Assembly: GCA_003250355.1 (NCBI GenBank)
Contig: QKGS01000087.1
Coordinates: 1,608 to 65,607, forward strand
DNA length: 64,000 nt
Reading direction: 5' to 3'
Source: Bacteroidota bacterium
GTDB taxonomy: Bacteria; Bacteroidota; Bacteroidia; Bacteroidales; SZUA-534
Made by a program: the position numbers and the translations under genes. Shown one piece after another: positions 1-9,591 of the stretch (its first letter is position 1; the number at the start of each line of letters is the position of its first letter). The notes beneath the pieces are model-generated. The model did no database searches, was not told the origin of the DNA, and saw nothing but the letters and a program-made list of their open reading frames with translations.

Positions 1-513
1 TTTGCTGATAAGAAATGGGTTATGTGCAGAGGCTATAATTTAGCTGATTATTGGAATCAAGGATTTATTAATCAAGCTCCACACGGTCATTTAATACATG
101 AATTAGGGCATAGTTTTGGATTATATCATTCTTTTAGCTCTTCTAAATGTGAAAAATTTCAAGAGGGTTCATCAAATAATTATATGGATTATGGCAATTG
201 GGAAAATCTTGTAGCTTTCACTGAATGTCAAATTTATGGAATGCATAAAAATCTTACTGGAGAGAGTTGGCATTATGGTAGTGATATTCATGACGCAGTG
301 TTGGAAAATTGTTTTATTCAGAATGAGTCAATAGCGAGTGATATGAATTATAATTGTGGTAATATATATGCCGGCACAAACGTAACAACATCAAAACCGC
401 AAGGCAATGTTGTAATTAAAAACGGAACCTGCGTAATATTTGAAGCCGAAAATGAAACTCTACTTCACAATGGCTTTAAAGTAGAACTAGGAGCCGAGTT
501 TGAAGTAAAATAG
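1..513 (+). CDS. Secreted zinc metalloprotease (metzincin, M43/pappalysin-like), C-terminal part, with a 3-coathanger-stack-like tail; 5'-truncated by the window edge
   Basis: Frame 1 is open from base 1 (FADKKWVMCRG...). It has the HELGHSFGLYH (HExxHxxGxxH) zinc motif and an NYMDY Met-turn. The C-terminus NIYAG..GNVVIKNG..VIFEA..LHNGFKVELGAEFEVK resembles the Bacteroidota 3-coathanger-stack domain. Confidence 0.75.
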   Translation, partial: FADKKWVMCRGYNLADYWNQGFINQAPHGHLIHELGHSFGLYHSFSSSKCEKFQEGSSNNYMDYGNWENLVAFTECQIYGMHKNLTGESWHYGSDIHDAVLENCFIQNESIASDMNYNCGNIYAGTNVTTSKPQGNVVIKNGTCVIFEAENETLLHNGFKVELGAEFEVK

Positions 514-529
514 AGTAACGTAACATAAC

Positions 530-564
530 AAAAGACTGCATTCCTAAGGTTTGCAGTCTTTTTT
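530..564 (+). terminator. Rho-independent terminator (copy 1 of a repeated element)
   Basis: Stem AAAAGACTGCA / TGCAGTCTTTT around loop TTCCTAAGGTT, followed by a T-run, 17 nt after the stop at 513. Confidence 0.8.
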
Positions 565-638
565 ATTATGTGCATTCAAGCGAATAATGCAGATCGCTTA
601 TTTAGAATGAGAATAAATTATGGGGGGGGTAAATTCTA

Positions 639-669
639 TTGTTTTGAAATAAATTTTACAATATATTTG
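639..669 (+). promoter_or_regulatory. Bacteroidota sigma-70-type promoter
   Basis: TTG (639-641), N20, TATATTTG (662-669); matches the -33/-7 consensus TTG-N19-21-TAnnTTTG. Confidence 0.45.
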
Positions 670-780
670 CATTGTTAAATAACCGGTTTTAACTCGTGAA
701 CTTATGCCGCTTAGACGGTATTGTAGAATTTACAATTACAAAAACACAACAAATTACAGTAAGCATTATTATGCTTAAAA

Positions 781-912
781 CCTATCAATATAACAGAACT
801 CGGCACCGGGGCAATAAAAATATCGGGTTCGGAACTTAACCCCGGAATGTACCTGCATGCATTGGTAGCCAACGGTAAAGAGATAGATACTAAACGAATG
901 ATTTTAACTTAA
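781..912 (+). pseudogene. Remnant 3' end of a T9SS-cargo gene (type A C-terminal sorting domain fragment)
   Basis: Frame 1 reads PINITELGTGAIKISGSELNPGMYLHALVANGKEIDTKRMILT*, a typical T9SS CTD ending. There are upstream in-frame stops, so it is absent from the ORF track. The stop at 910-912 lies 2 nt before the ATG at 915. Confidence 0.65.
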
Positions 913-914
913 TT

Positions 915-1805
915 ATGAAGAATTTACTTAAAACAATTTTGATGGCAATAATATTTTTTAGCAGTATTATTTCTAAAGCCCAATTTCAATCAATTATTAA
1001 TTCCGACTCAGTATCATGGCTAGTGAAACATGAAATAGCAGATGCCTGGTTTGAGAAGTATGTATTTGTAAATAAGAAAGATTCTATAACAATTGATTCT
1101 AAAAAATACTATGAGACTTATATAAATTATGATTATAGCAGTACTAGTGATTTGGTCGGTTATTTCAGAGAAGATACAACAGTAGGCCGGGCTTGGTTTA
1201 AAGGGAAAAACGATAGTATTGAGCAATTAGTTATGGATTTAATGCTTAAAATAGGCGATACAGTATGGATTGATACTGACTATTCTTATAGTAGCAATGG
1301 ATATGAAATTGTTTCAGATGTATATTATTCAAACGGTCGTAAGATAATTGGAACAAAGATTAATTTTGGAGGTGGTTATATTAGCGACTCTCTGAGTTTT
1401 ATTGAAGGAGTTGGTCCAAATGCTTCAATATTATTTATGATAGAATTTGCTACAGGGAACGATATTAACTTCCAACTTGGATATGGAGTTTGTGAAAAAT
1501 ATGCAGGCGATAATATTGTTTATGAGCGCGACCCTATTAATCATGAGTGCTACTATAATGGTACGCATTCAATTGATGCTGACGGTGCAACATTACAAAT
1601 ATACCCTATTCCTGCCTATGACCAATTATATATTAGTTCCAATTTCTTATCTATTGAAAGAGCATACATATACAATATTGATGGTAGTTTTATGGAGTCG
1701 CTATCTATAAATTCAAATACGCACACCATTGATATAAGTGAATATACAAGTGGTTTGTATTTTATAAAAATGGGCAATAGTATAACTAAATTTATTAAAG
1801 AGTGA
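915..1805 (+). CDS. T9SS type A sorting domain-containing secreted protein
   Basis: Signal peptide ending ...SKA-Q; C-terminal IYPIPAYDQLYI...IDISEYTSGLYFIKMG...FIKE matches the T9SS CTD. Confidence 0.8.
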   Translation: MKNLLKTILMAIIFFSSIISKAQFQSIINSDSVSWLVKHEIADAWFEKYVFVNKKDSITIDSKKYYETYINYDYSSTSDLVGYFREDTTVGRAWFKGKNDSIEQLVMDLMLKIGDTVWIDTDYSYSSNGYEIVSDVYYSNGRKIIGTKINFGGGYISDSLSFIEGVGPNASILFMIEFATGNDINFQLGYGVCEKYAGDNIVYERDPINHECYYNGTHSIDADGATLQIYPIPAYDQLYISSNFLSIERAYIYNIDGSFMESLSINSNTHTIDISEYTSGLYFIKMGNSITKFIKE

Positions 1806-4246
1806 TGAGGAATTATCTATTAATAATTGTGACTTTATTTGCACACATCAATATTTATTGTTAAAGTATAAATAATTGGTTTTTCGAAGATTATCATTTT
1901 GATGATACCTCAAGCTATTCGTACAGTAAAGGAGGAGACCAATATTCATATTATGGTAAGTGTTTTACACCTAAAGGCGATATAAGAGTTCTCATAATAT
2001 GTGCAGGTTTTGGTGAACCTTATAATAATTACGATTGTGATGGATGGGAAAAAGGTGCAAACACATTACCCGATTGGGCTAAAGACAATAGTAGCTTTTA
2101 CTCCGACACAGCAGATTTTGAAGCTTCTGCCAATAGTGATCATGTCAACAATATATCGAAGTTTTACTATGAAATGTCGCAAAAGAAATTTCGATTAACT
2201 GCTGATGTATATCCAAAGCGGATTAATATTGATCCTACGGGTTCAAAATCATGGAGTTCTTTATCAAATAAAGTATTTGAAAAAATGAAAAGTGAGGATC
2301 CATATTTTGATTGGTCGAAGTATGACTCCAGGACAAATTATCCTAATTATGTATTTGATAATTCAAATACAATACCTGACAGTATAGCTGATTATGTAGT
2401 AGTTGTATTTCGTTATAGAGGTGGTTGGGCTTTGCCGCCTGTTTTGGGTATGGATTCATGGGATGGTTCAGGTGGTGGTTTAGCAGGTATTTCTGTTTAT
2501 CCTAAGTTTAGCTACAATGGCTATAGATTTAACTGTGGCTATACTCATTGTGCTGCAAATGTTGGCTTATACGGACTTTTTATTCATGAAATGGCTCATA
2601 CTCTCTTTGCAGGGCCACACTATACAAATGCAAATAGTGTTCACGGAAAGTATTTCTATGGACAAGGAGGCTATAGTATGATGAGTCTTGGATTAACCCG
2701 TAACTGTGCTTTAGGTTGGGAACGATGGTATTTGGGCTGGATTGATATAAAAGCATCGGGTGTAAGTTCTGATATAACTACCATAGATGATTTACCTGCA
2801 AATGGTGAGTTTATTCTAAGAGATTTTATTACTACCGGCGATGTAGTAAGAATTAAAATTCCCAATGGAACAATTGACGATCAGTACCTTTGGCTTGAAA
2901 ATCATCAAAGCAAATCAGTATTTGATAATAGAGGATGGAAAACTGATGGGTGTGGAAATGGTTTTCCTAAGCTAAGAGATGGTATTATTGCGTATATTGA
3001 ATCAATTGATGGAGACAGAGAAACTCCTTTAAATTCAATATATCTCAAATATGATGCAAATGGAATTAAATTTATCCATTCTAAAGGTAACTATGATTAT
3101 TTACTAGGGTCAAAATCTAATCCTTGTCATTACTGGGGAAATAATATATATAATGTTCAGGAAATTGAGGCAAATGCAATTTCGGGTCAAAGCAGGTCAG
3201 ATTATTTGAGATTTGATATTGATGGCGATCAACAAATATTTGTCAATACAGAGCAAAACTCAATGAAACAAAAAAATGAATCGATATGGCTTGCACAAAG
3301 GAATAATGAATATACATTAGATTGTTCCGGTTCTGAATTAGCATTTGAAACAGGTCAGAAAATAGGTTTATCGACAAATCCTCCACTGCTAAATAGGCCT
3401 GTTTACGATGACATTACATCAAAAACTCTTACACCTTTCTATTTAAATGGGATATCTGTAACAATTATTGAACAATATTTGAATGGTGACGTGAAAATTA
3501 AAGTTAGTTTTAATGACATTAATATTGATAATAGCATTCGTTGGTGTGGCAATATACATTTGCCAAATATTACTAACAATTCACTTCCTGATTTAATAGT
3601 GAATTCAAATAAATGTCTGACCCTTAATAAAAGTGGAACTCCTAATAGGCATACTTTATTGAATGGAAAATTTGTGAATCCTACAGAGTTTTATTTAAAT
3701 GATAGTTCTTACATGATATTAGAAGCTAACTCTAAAATGATTATTGAAGATGATAGCAAATTAATATTAGAAACCGGCAGTAAATTAGAAATAGGTGACG
3801 GCGCAATTCTTTATATTAAGTCAAATGCACATTTGAAGCTTAATAAAGCAGAAGTTATTGTTAATGGATCAGGGAAAATTATTGTAGAATGTAATGGCAG
3901 TTTGGCGATGGAGAATGGTTCATCTGTAACGCTTACCGATGCGAATAGTAAAATATTGTTCATGTCGGGTCATTTAGTGCATCCTTCAACTCAATATGCG
4001 ATATATATGTCAAATACAGGAGATGGTTCAATGTTTACTGCTGTAGATAGATCTCTTTCTAGTATTATATACTCAAGCGATACATATGTTTTTGGGAAAA
4101 GTATATCTTCGCAGAATTTAAAAATAATTGGTTTAGAAACTAATGTTACAATTGAAGCAGAAGAGGTTTATTTAGGAGCCGGTTTTGAAATTGAAAAAGG
4201 TTCTACTCTTGATATAGACATATATAAAAATAGTTGTTTAGAATAG
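1805..4246 (+). pseudogene. M6/immune-inhibitor-A-like secreted zinc metalloprotease with a 3-coathanger-like tail, interrupted by one in-frame TAA at 1862-1864 (ORF track shows only 2174-4246)
   Basis: The ATG at 1805 overlaps the upstream stop (TGATG). MRNYLLIIVTLFAHINIYC is signal-peptide-like and is followed by TAA, then 103 stop-free codons in frame with ATG 2174, including FTPKGDIRVLII. HEMAH zinc motif, ALGWERWYLGWI, and YLWLENHQ are typical of M6-like proteases. Confidence 0.7.
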
Positions 4247-4262
4247 CGATTTAATAAATAAC

Positions 4263-4296
4263 AAACGGCTGCATTCCTAAGGTTTGCAGCCTTTTT
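4263..4296 (+). terminator. Rho-independent terminator (copy 2 of the repeated element)
   Basis: GGCTGCA-TTCCTAAGGTT-TGCAGCC followed by a T-run, just after the stop at 4246. Its 21-bp core is identical to the hairpin at 536-556. Confidence 0.8.
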
Positions 4297-4315
4297 AGTA
4301 TTAAATATTTTTATA

Positions 4316-4342
4316 GAGAGTGCCACTCACAGCGGCACTCTC
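4316..4342 (-). terminator. Hairpin, probable terminator of nifJ
   Basis: Perfect 9-bp stem GAGAGTGCC / GGCACTCTC, 16 nt downstream of the nifJ stop. Confidence 0.6.
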
Positions 4343-4357
4343 AATAATAAGTTAAAT

Positions 4358-7300
4358 CTATTCAGCAGAATAATCCATAGCTGCCAAACGCTTGTAAGTG
4401 TTATATCTCCACTTAGCGTTTTCTTCAGCAGCTGCAAATAATTCAGCAGCTTCGTCAGGATAAGCTTTCATTAATTTAGTATAACGAATCTCACCTTTAA
4501 GGAAATCTTGGAATTTGCTCCAATCAGGCTCTTTTGAGTCTAATTCAAATGGGTTTTTACCTTCTGCTTCTAACATTGGGTTATAACGGAACATATGCCA
4601 GTAACCACACTCAACAGCTTTCTTCATTTCTTGCTGCGATTTACCCATACCACCGCGTAATCCGTGGTTGATACAAGGAGCGTAAGCAATAATTAACGAA
4701 GGACCATCGTAAGCTTCTGCCTCTTTAAGAGCCTTGAAGTATTGAGCCTGGTTAGCACCCATACTTACCTGAGCTACATATACATAGCCGTAAGTAGTAG
4801 CCATAAGACCAAGGTCTTTTTTACGTATTCTCTTACCCGAAGCGGCAAACTGAGCAACAGCACCTACCGGAGTAGCTTTAGAGCTCTGACCACCGGTATT
4901 AGAATATACCTCAGTATCCATTACAAGTACGTTCACATTTTTACCTGTTGCAAGTACATGATCAAGACCACCGTAACCTATATCGTAAGCCCAACCGTCG
5001 CCACCAAATATCCAGTTCGAACGTTTTGGCATCCAGTCTTTGTACGAAAGTATTTCTTTCGCCACAGCCGATGAATCTTTCTCAAGAGCAGCAATAGCAG
5101 CTTCTGAAGCTTTAGCCGAAGCTAATGTATCGGTTAACGTTGCTTTCCATGTCTCCATTGCTTCAACTGTTGCTGCAGCAAATGAACCTTTGTTTTCGTT
5201 GTATAAACGAGCAACTCTCGATTGTAGTTTTTGAGCAGCCATTTGCATACCTAAACCGTATTCAGCGTTATCTTCAAATAGCGAGTTAGCCCAAGCCACA
5301 CCTTTACCGTTTTTGCTTTCGCAATATGGAGTTGAAGGAGCTGAACCACCATAAATTGAAGAACAACCGGTTGCGTTAGCTACTGTCATACTCTCACCGT
5401 AAAGCTGAGTAATTGTTTTAATGTATGGAGTTTCGCCACAACCTGCACAAGCTCCCGAGAACTCGAACAATGGCTGAGCAAACTGTGAATTTTTAACGTT
5501 GATTGTTTTGTCTGCAATTTCTTTAATAGTAACTTTTGCAGCCATATAATCCCAACGAGGTATTTCTACTTCTTGAGAAGCAAGAGGCTTCATTTCAAGA
5601 GCTTTAGTTTTTGCAGGACATACATCGGCACAGTTACCGCAACCTGTACAGTCTAAAGTTGAAACCTGAATACGGAATGCAAGCCCTTCATAACCCTTAC
5701 CGTTTGCTTTAATTGTTTTTGTGCCGGCAGGAGCTGCAGCCAATTCTTTTTCATCTAATAAGAATGGACGAATAGCAGCGTGAGGACAAACGTAAGCACA
5801 TTGGTTACACTGAATACAGTTGCTTTCTAACCACTCCGGTACGTTTACTGCAATACCGCGTTTTTCGTATTGCGATGTACCTGCCGGGAATGTACCGTCT
5901 TCACGTCCGTTAAATGCTGATACAGGTAAATCGTCACCTGCAAGGTTGTTAATTGGGTCTACAACATCGGCTACAAAGTCAGGAACATTCTTACGACGTT
6001 TAGCACCTGCTTTTACTTCAAGTGAAGCCCATGTCGGGTCAATAGCAACCTTAATAACTGCACTTCCTGCATCAACAGCAGCGTAGTTCATTTTAACAAT
6101 ATCTTCACCTTTAGCTCCGAACGACTTAACAATCATTTTCTTCATTTGCTCAACAGCCTTGTCATAAGGAATTACCTCAGCAATTTTGAAGAATGCAGCC
6201 TGCATTATAGTGTTTGTACGGTTACCTAAACCTATCTCCTCTGCAATTTTAGTTGCATTTATAATGTACATACTTATTTCATTTGCAGCTAAGTATTTTT
6301 TTACATCATCGGGTAAATAATTTTTAACCTCGTTCTCGTCCCAAATAGAGTTTAACAAGAATGTACCACCCTTTTTAAGACCTTTTAACATATCGTATTT
6401 TCCTAAATAAGCAGGAACGTGACAAGCAACAAAGTCAGGAGTAGTAACTAAGTAAGGCGACTGTATTTTTTTATCACCAAAACGAAGGTGAGAAGCAGTA
6501 AAACCACCCGATTTTTTAGAGTCGTAAGCAAAATAAGCCTGACAATATTTATCGGTAGTATCACCTATAATTTTAATAGAGTTTTTGTTAGCACCAACAG
6601 TACCATCAGAACCTAAACCATAGAATTTAGCCTCAAAACGTCCTTTAGGAGCTAACGAAATTTCAGGTAATAATGGTAACGATGTGAATGTAACATCGTC
6701 AACAATACCTAAAGTGAAACGATTTTTAGGCTCAGCCAGTTTTAAGTTATCGTAAACACTCATAATCATAGCCGGAGTAGTATCTTTTGACGATAAACCA
6801 TAGCGTCCGCCTACAATAATAGGGGCATTTTCTTTGCCGTAGAAAAGGTCTTTAACATCAAAGTACAATGGTTCACCATTAGCTCCTGGCTCTTTTGTGC
6901 GGTCAAGTACAGCAATACGCTTAACTGTTTTAGGCATAGCAGCCATAAAATGTTTAGCAGAGAAAGGGCGATATAAGTGAACAGCAACAACACCAACTTT
7001 TTCGCCTTTAGCTGTTAAATTTTCAACCACTTCGCGAATAGTATCGTTGATAGAACCAATAGCTACAATTACATTTTCAGCATCAGCAGCACCATAATAC
7101 ATAAATGGCTTATATTCACGACCTGTTATTTTAGTAATTTCAGCCATATAACCCGCTACAATATCAGGAATAGCATCGTAGTATTTGTTAGCTGCTTCAC
7201 GAGCCTGGAAGTAAATATCAGGGTTCTCAGCCAAACCGCGAGTTACAGGGTGATTGGGGCTTAAAGCTCCGTTACGGAATGCCTGTAAAGCTTCCATATC

Positions 7301-7891
7301 AATAAGTGGCTTAAGATCTTCCTGATCAAGAATTTCAATTTTTTGAATCTCGTGCGATGTACGGAAACCATCGAAGAAATGACAGAATGGCACACGACCT
7401 TTAATTGCTGCTAAGTGAGCAACACCTGCAAGATCCATAGCCTCTTGTACTGAACCCGAAGCTAAGAAAGCAAAACCTGTTTGACGAGCACTCATAACAT
7501 CAGAGTGGTCACCAAAAATAGAAAGTGCCTGAGCTGCCAAACTACGAGCCGATACGTGGAATACTCCCGGTAATAATTCACCGGCAATTTTATACATATT
7601 AGGAATCATAAGTAATAATCCCTGTGAAGCTGTATAAGTCGATGTTAAAGCACCTCCCTGAAGCGAACCGTGTACTGTACCTGCAGCACCGGCCTCACTT
7701 TGCATCTCAATTACTTCTACTGTTTCACCGAAGATGTTTTTACGACCTTTTGCTGTCCAGTCGTCAACGTTCTCCGCCATATTCGACGAAGGAGTGATTG
7801 GGTAAATAGCTGCTACCTCGCTAAACATATAAGCAATGTGAGAAGCGGCATAGTTACCATCACACGTGATAAACTTTTTTTCTTTTGCCAT
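4358..7891 (-). CDS. nifJ: Pyruvate:ferredoxin (flavodoxin) oxidoreductase, homodimeric type
   Basis: 1177 aa. YPITPS, EMQSEAGAAG, two CxxCxxCxxxC ferredoxin motifs (CIQCNQC..C, CTGCGNC..C), FSGACAGCGE, and GGDGWAYDIG TPP-binding motif. Confidence 0.97.
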   Translation of the reverse strand: MAKEKKFITCDGNYAASHIAYMFSEVAAIYPITPSSNMAENVDDWTAKGRKNIFGETVEVIEMQSEAGAAGTVHGSLQGGALTSTYTASQGLLLMIPNMYKIAGELLPGVFHVSARSLAAQALSIFGDHSDVMSARQTGFAFLASGSVQEAMDLAGVAHLAAIKGRVPFCHFFDGFRTSHEIQKIEILDQEDLKPLIDMEALQAFRNGALSPNHPVTRGLAENPDIYFQAREAANKYYDAIPDIVAGYMAEITKITGREYKPFMYYGAADAENVIVAIGSINDTIREVVENLTAKGEKVGVVAVHLYRPFSAKHFMAAMPKTVKRIAVLDRTKEPGANGEPLYFDVKDLFYGKENAPIIVGGRYGLSSKDTTPAMIMSVYDNLKLAEPKNRFTLGIVDDVTFTSLPLLPEISLAPKGRFEAKFYGLGSDGTVGANKNSIKIIGDTTDKYCQAYFAYDSKKSGGFTASHLRFGDKKIQSPYLVTTPDFVACHVPAYLGKYDMLKGLKKGGTFLLNSIWDENEVKNYLPDDVKKYLAANEISMYIINATKIAEEIGLGNRTNTIMQAAFFKIAEVIPYDKAVEQMKKMIVKSFGAKGEDIVKMNYAAVDAGSAVIKVAIDPTWASLEVKAGAKRRKNVPDFVADVVDPINNLAGDDLPVSAFNGREDGTFPAGTSQYEKRGIAVNVPEWLESNCIQCNQCAYVCPHAAIRPFLLDEKELAAAPAGTKTIKANGKGYEGLAFRIQVSTLDCTGCGNCADVCPAKTKALEMKPLASQEVEIPRWDYMAAKVTIKEIADKTINVKNSQFAQPLFEFSGACAGCGETPYIKTITQLYGESMTVANATGCSSIYGGSAPSTPYCESKNGKGVAWANSLFEDNAEYGLGMQMAAQKLQSRVARLYNENKGSFAAATVEAMETWKATLTDTLASAKASEAAIAALEKDSSAVAKEILSYKDWMPKRSNWIFGGDGWAYDIGYGGLDHVLATGKNVNVLVMDTEVYSNTGGQSSKATPVGAVAQFAASGKRIRKKDLGLMATTYGYVYVAQVSMGANQAQYFKALKEAEAYDGPSLIIAYAPCINHGLRGGMGKSQQEMKKAVECGYWHMFRYNPMLEAEGKNPFELDSKEPDWSKFQDFLKGEIRYTKLMKAYPDEAAELFAAAEENAKWRYNTYKRLAAMDYSAE

Positions 7892-7939
7892 TTTATTAAA
7901 TGTTTGAAATTAAATTATATTATTAAAAATTATAATACA

Positions 7940-9121
7940 CTAATAGAGGAAACCAAACAACCACAATGGTATTTTATTCCCTGTACCCACTTCGTGCATA
8001 TCAGTTACTATATAAGTATTATCGGAATCGCCGGTAAGTCGCTTATTATTACCTACCTTAAATATTATATTATCATCAATTAAAAACTCACCCTTTTTAC
8101 CTATCCCCGATACTTTAAAATCCTTATTCATCATATTCAGAAAGAATGTTTCTAACAAAGCTTCTCGTGTTGGCTCGGTATGAGAAATAGCATATATTAA
8201 ATTTGTATTTTGTAAATAAATACGTTCAGGTTTCTTCGACGCATCGGCCTCTCCTTCATAAACCAAATTTATTAACCGTGCATTGCGCAAATAGTTCAAA
8301 TAATTCATCACCGTTGCACGACTGGTTTCTATAGAGTTACTTAACTTACTTACATTTGGTGTGTTAGGCATATCTTCCGACAATTCGTACATAAGCTTTT
8401 TAAGCTTAGGCAAATACTTAAGTTCTATTTGCTGAAGAAATGGAATATCTATTTCAAGTGTAAGATTTGCAATTTTGGTTACTGTTTCATTAAAATTGGT
8501 GGCCTCATCGGAGAATGGATAAAAACCTACCTTCAAGTAATCGTTAAAATAAGCTAAAGGCTTCACCTTAAACAATATATCTTTTGCTATTTTCTCGTGA
8601 TAGTTTAAAATATCTTCGATAGTATACTTTGCAAAACTTTGCGATGTTTTGTAATTAAGATATTCCCTAAACGATAACCCGCGAAGATGATAAGGTGTAA
8701 CTTTATCGAACAAGTCGGTATTCTCCTGTTTTAATCGCATTACCGGACTTCCGGTAAAAATAACCTGCAAATTCGGGAAACGATCATAAATATTGCGCAA
8801 AGCCTTTGACCAACCGGGAAATTTAAAAACCTGATCTATAACTAGTGTCTTACCCCCCATTTTCTGAAACTCATCGGCAAATTCAACAAGTCCGTATTTT
8901 GAAAAATAGAAGTTATTCAGGTTTATATACAAACACGATTTATCGTCGTTTCCATATGCGCTTTTTATGTAATCGAGTAAAAAAACAGTTTTACCAATAC
9001 CTCTGGCACCTTTAATACCAATAAGTCGGTTATTCCAGTTAATTTCATTTTTCAGTTCTCGCTTTATTGTAGAATCTACCGATGAAACTAACTCATTATG
9101 TATTTGATAAAATTGTTTCAT
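7940..9121 (-). CDS. AAA_14/DUF4143-type ATP-binding protein
   Basis: Walker A GARGIGKT, Walker B region LVIDQV, VIFTGS, LRGLSFREYL, a winged-helix segment (NVSKLS..IETSRATVMNYLNYL), and KPERIYLQNTNL. Confidence 0.8.
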   Translation of the reverse strand: MKQFYQIHNELVSSVDSTIKRELKNEINWNNRLIGIKGARGIGKTVFLLDYIKSAYGNDDKSCLYINLNNFYFSKYGLVEFADEFQKMGGKTLVIDQVFKFPGWSKALRNIYDRFPNLQVIFTGSPVMRLKQENTDLFDKVTPYHLRGLSFREYLNYKTSQSFAKYTIEDILNYHEKIAKDILFKVKPLAYFNDYLKVGFYPFSDEATNFNETVTKIANLTLEIDIPFLQQIELKYLPKLKKLMYELSEDMPNTPNVSKLSNSIETSRATVMNYLNYLRNARLINLVYEGEADASKKPERIYLQNTNLIYAISHTEPTREALLETFFLNMMNKDFKVSGIGKKGEFLIDDNIIFKVGNNKRLTGDSDNTYIVTDMHEVGTGNKIPLWLFGFLY

Positions 9122-9425
9122 AATAAAAAATGCAACACAAACTTAGCGATTTTACATTATTAGTTGCTATTTTAATATGGCAAAATTTAGTAAAAATTGT
9201 AATTTATAGGGATTATAAATAGATTTTATCATATACAAATACACTTAACACTCAACAAATAAGTGCTTTATAAAACGAATCTATTTAAAACATCTTGCTA
9301 TAAAACATTCGTTATAATTTGCGAATTAGCGGCTTTAAAACCAGTTCTTAATTCGGTCTTCGTTTTTAATATACGCAAGTTTTATATATAGAAATATAAC
9401 TACGGAACAATCATGCTTTTGCTTA

Positions 9426-9525
9426 TCGGCATTTGCCGAAAGTATGAGAAAGCATAATAATTACGTTTCGGCATTTGCCGGAAGTATGGAAATGCCAAAT
9501 GGTAACCTTCAGCATTTGCCGGAAG
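9426..9525. repeat. Three phased palindromic repeats TC(G/A)GCATTTGCCG(G)AAG
   Basis: Core GCATTTGCC at 9429, 9471 and 9512 (spacing 42 and 41 bp). Copy 1 is the inverted repeat TCGGCA-TT-TGCCGA. Confidence 0.8.
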
Positions 9526-9591
9526 CTATAAGTTTCAAAATTTCATACATCATTAACGAAATTTTATAACAAAAAAACATAAATTACCTCC

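Noticed and set aside
4742-8083. Opposite-strand or alternative-frame ORFs over nifJ (4742-5074, 5040-5234, 5820-6086, 6811-6996, 7670-8083)
   Set aside because: Shadow ORFs of a highly conserved gene, with no motifs. The same applies to most short antisense ORFs in the track.
9426-9525. CRISPR array
   Set aside because: Only three short (about 15-20 bp) degenerate repeats with about 22-bp gaps, no leader and no cas genes. Reported as putative operator sites instead.
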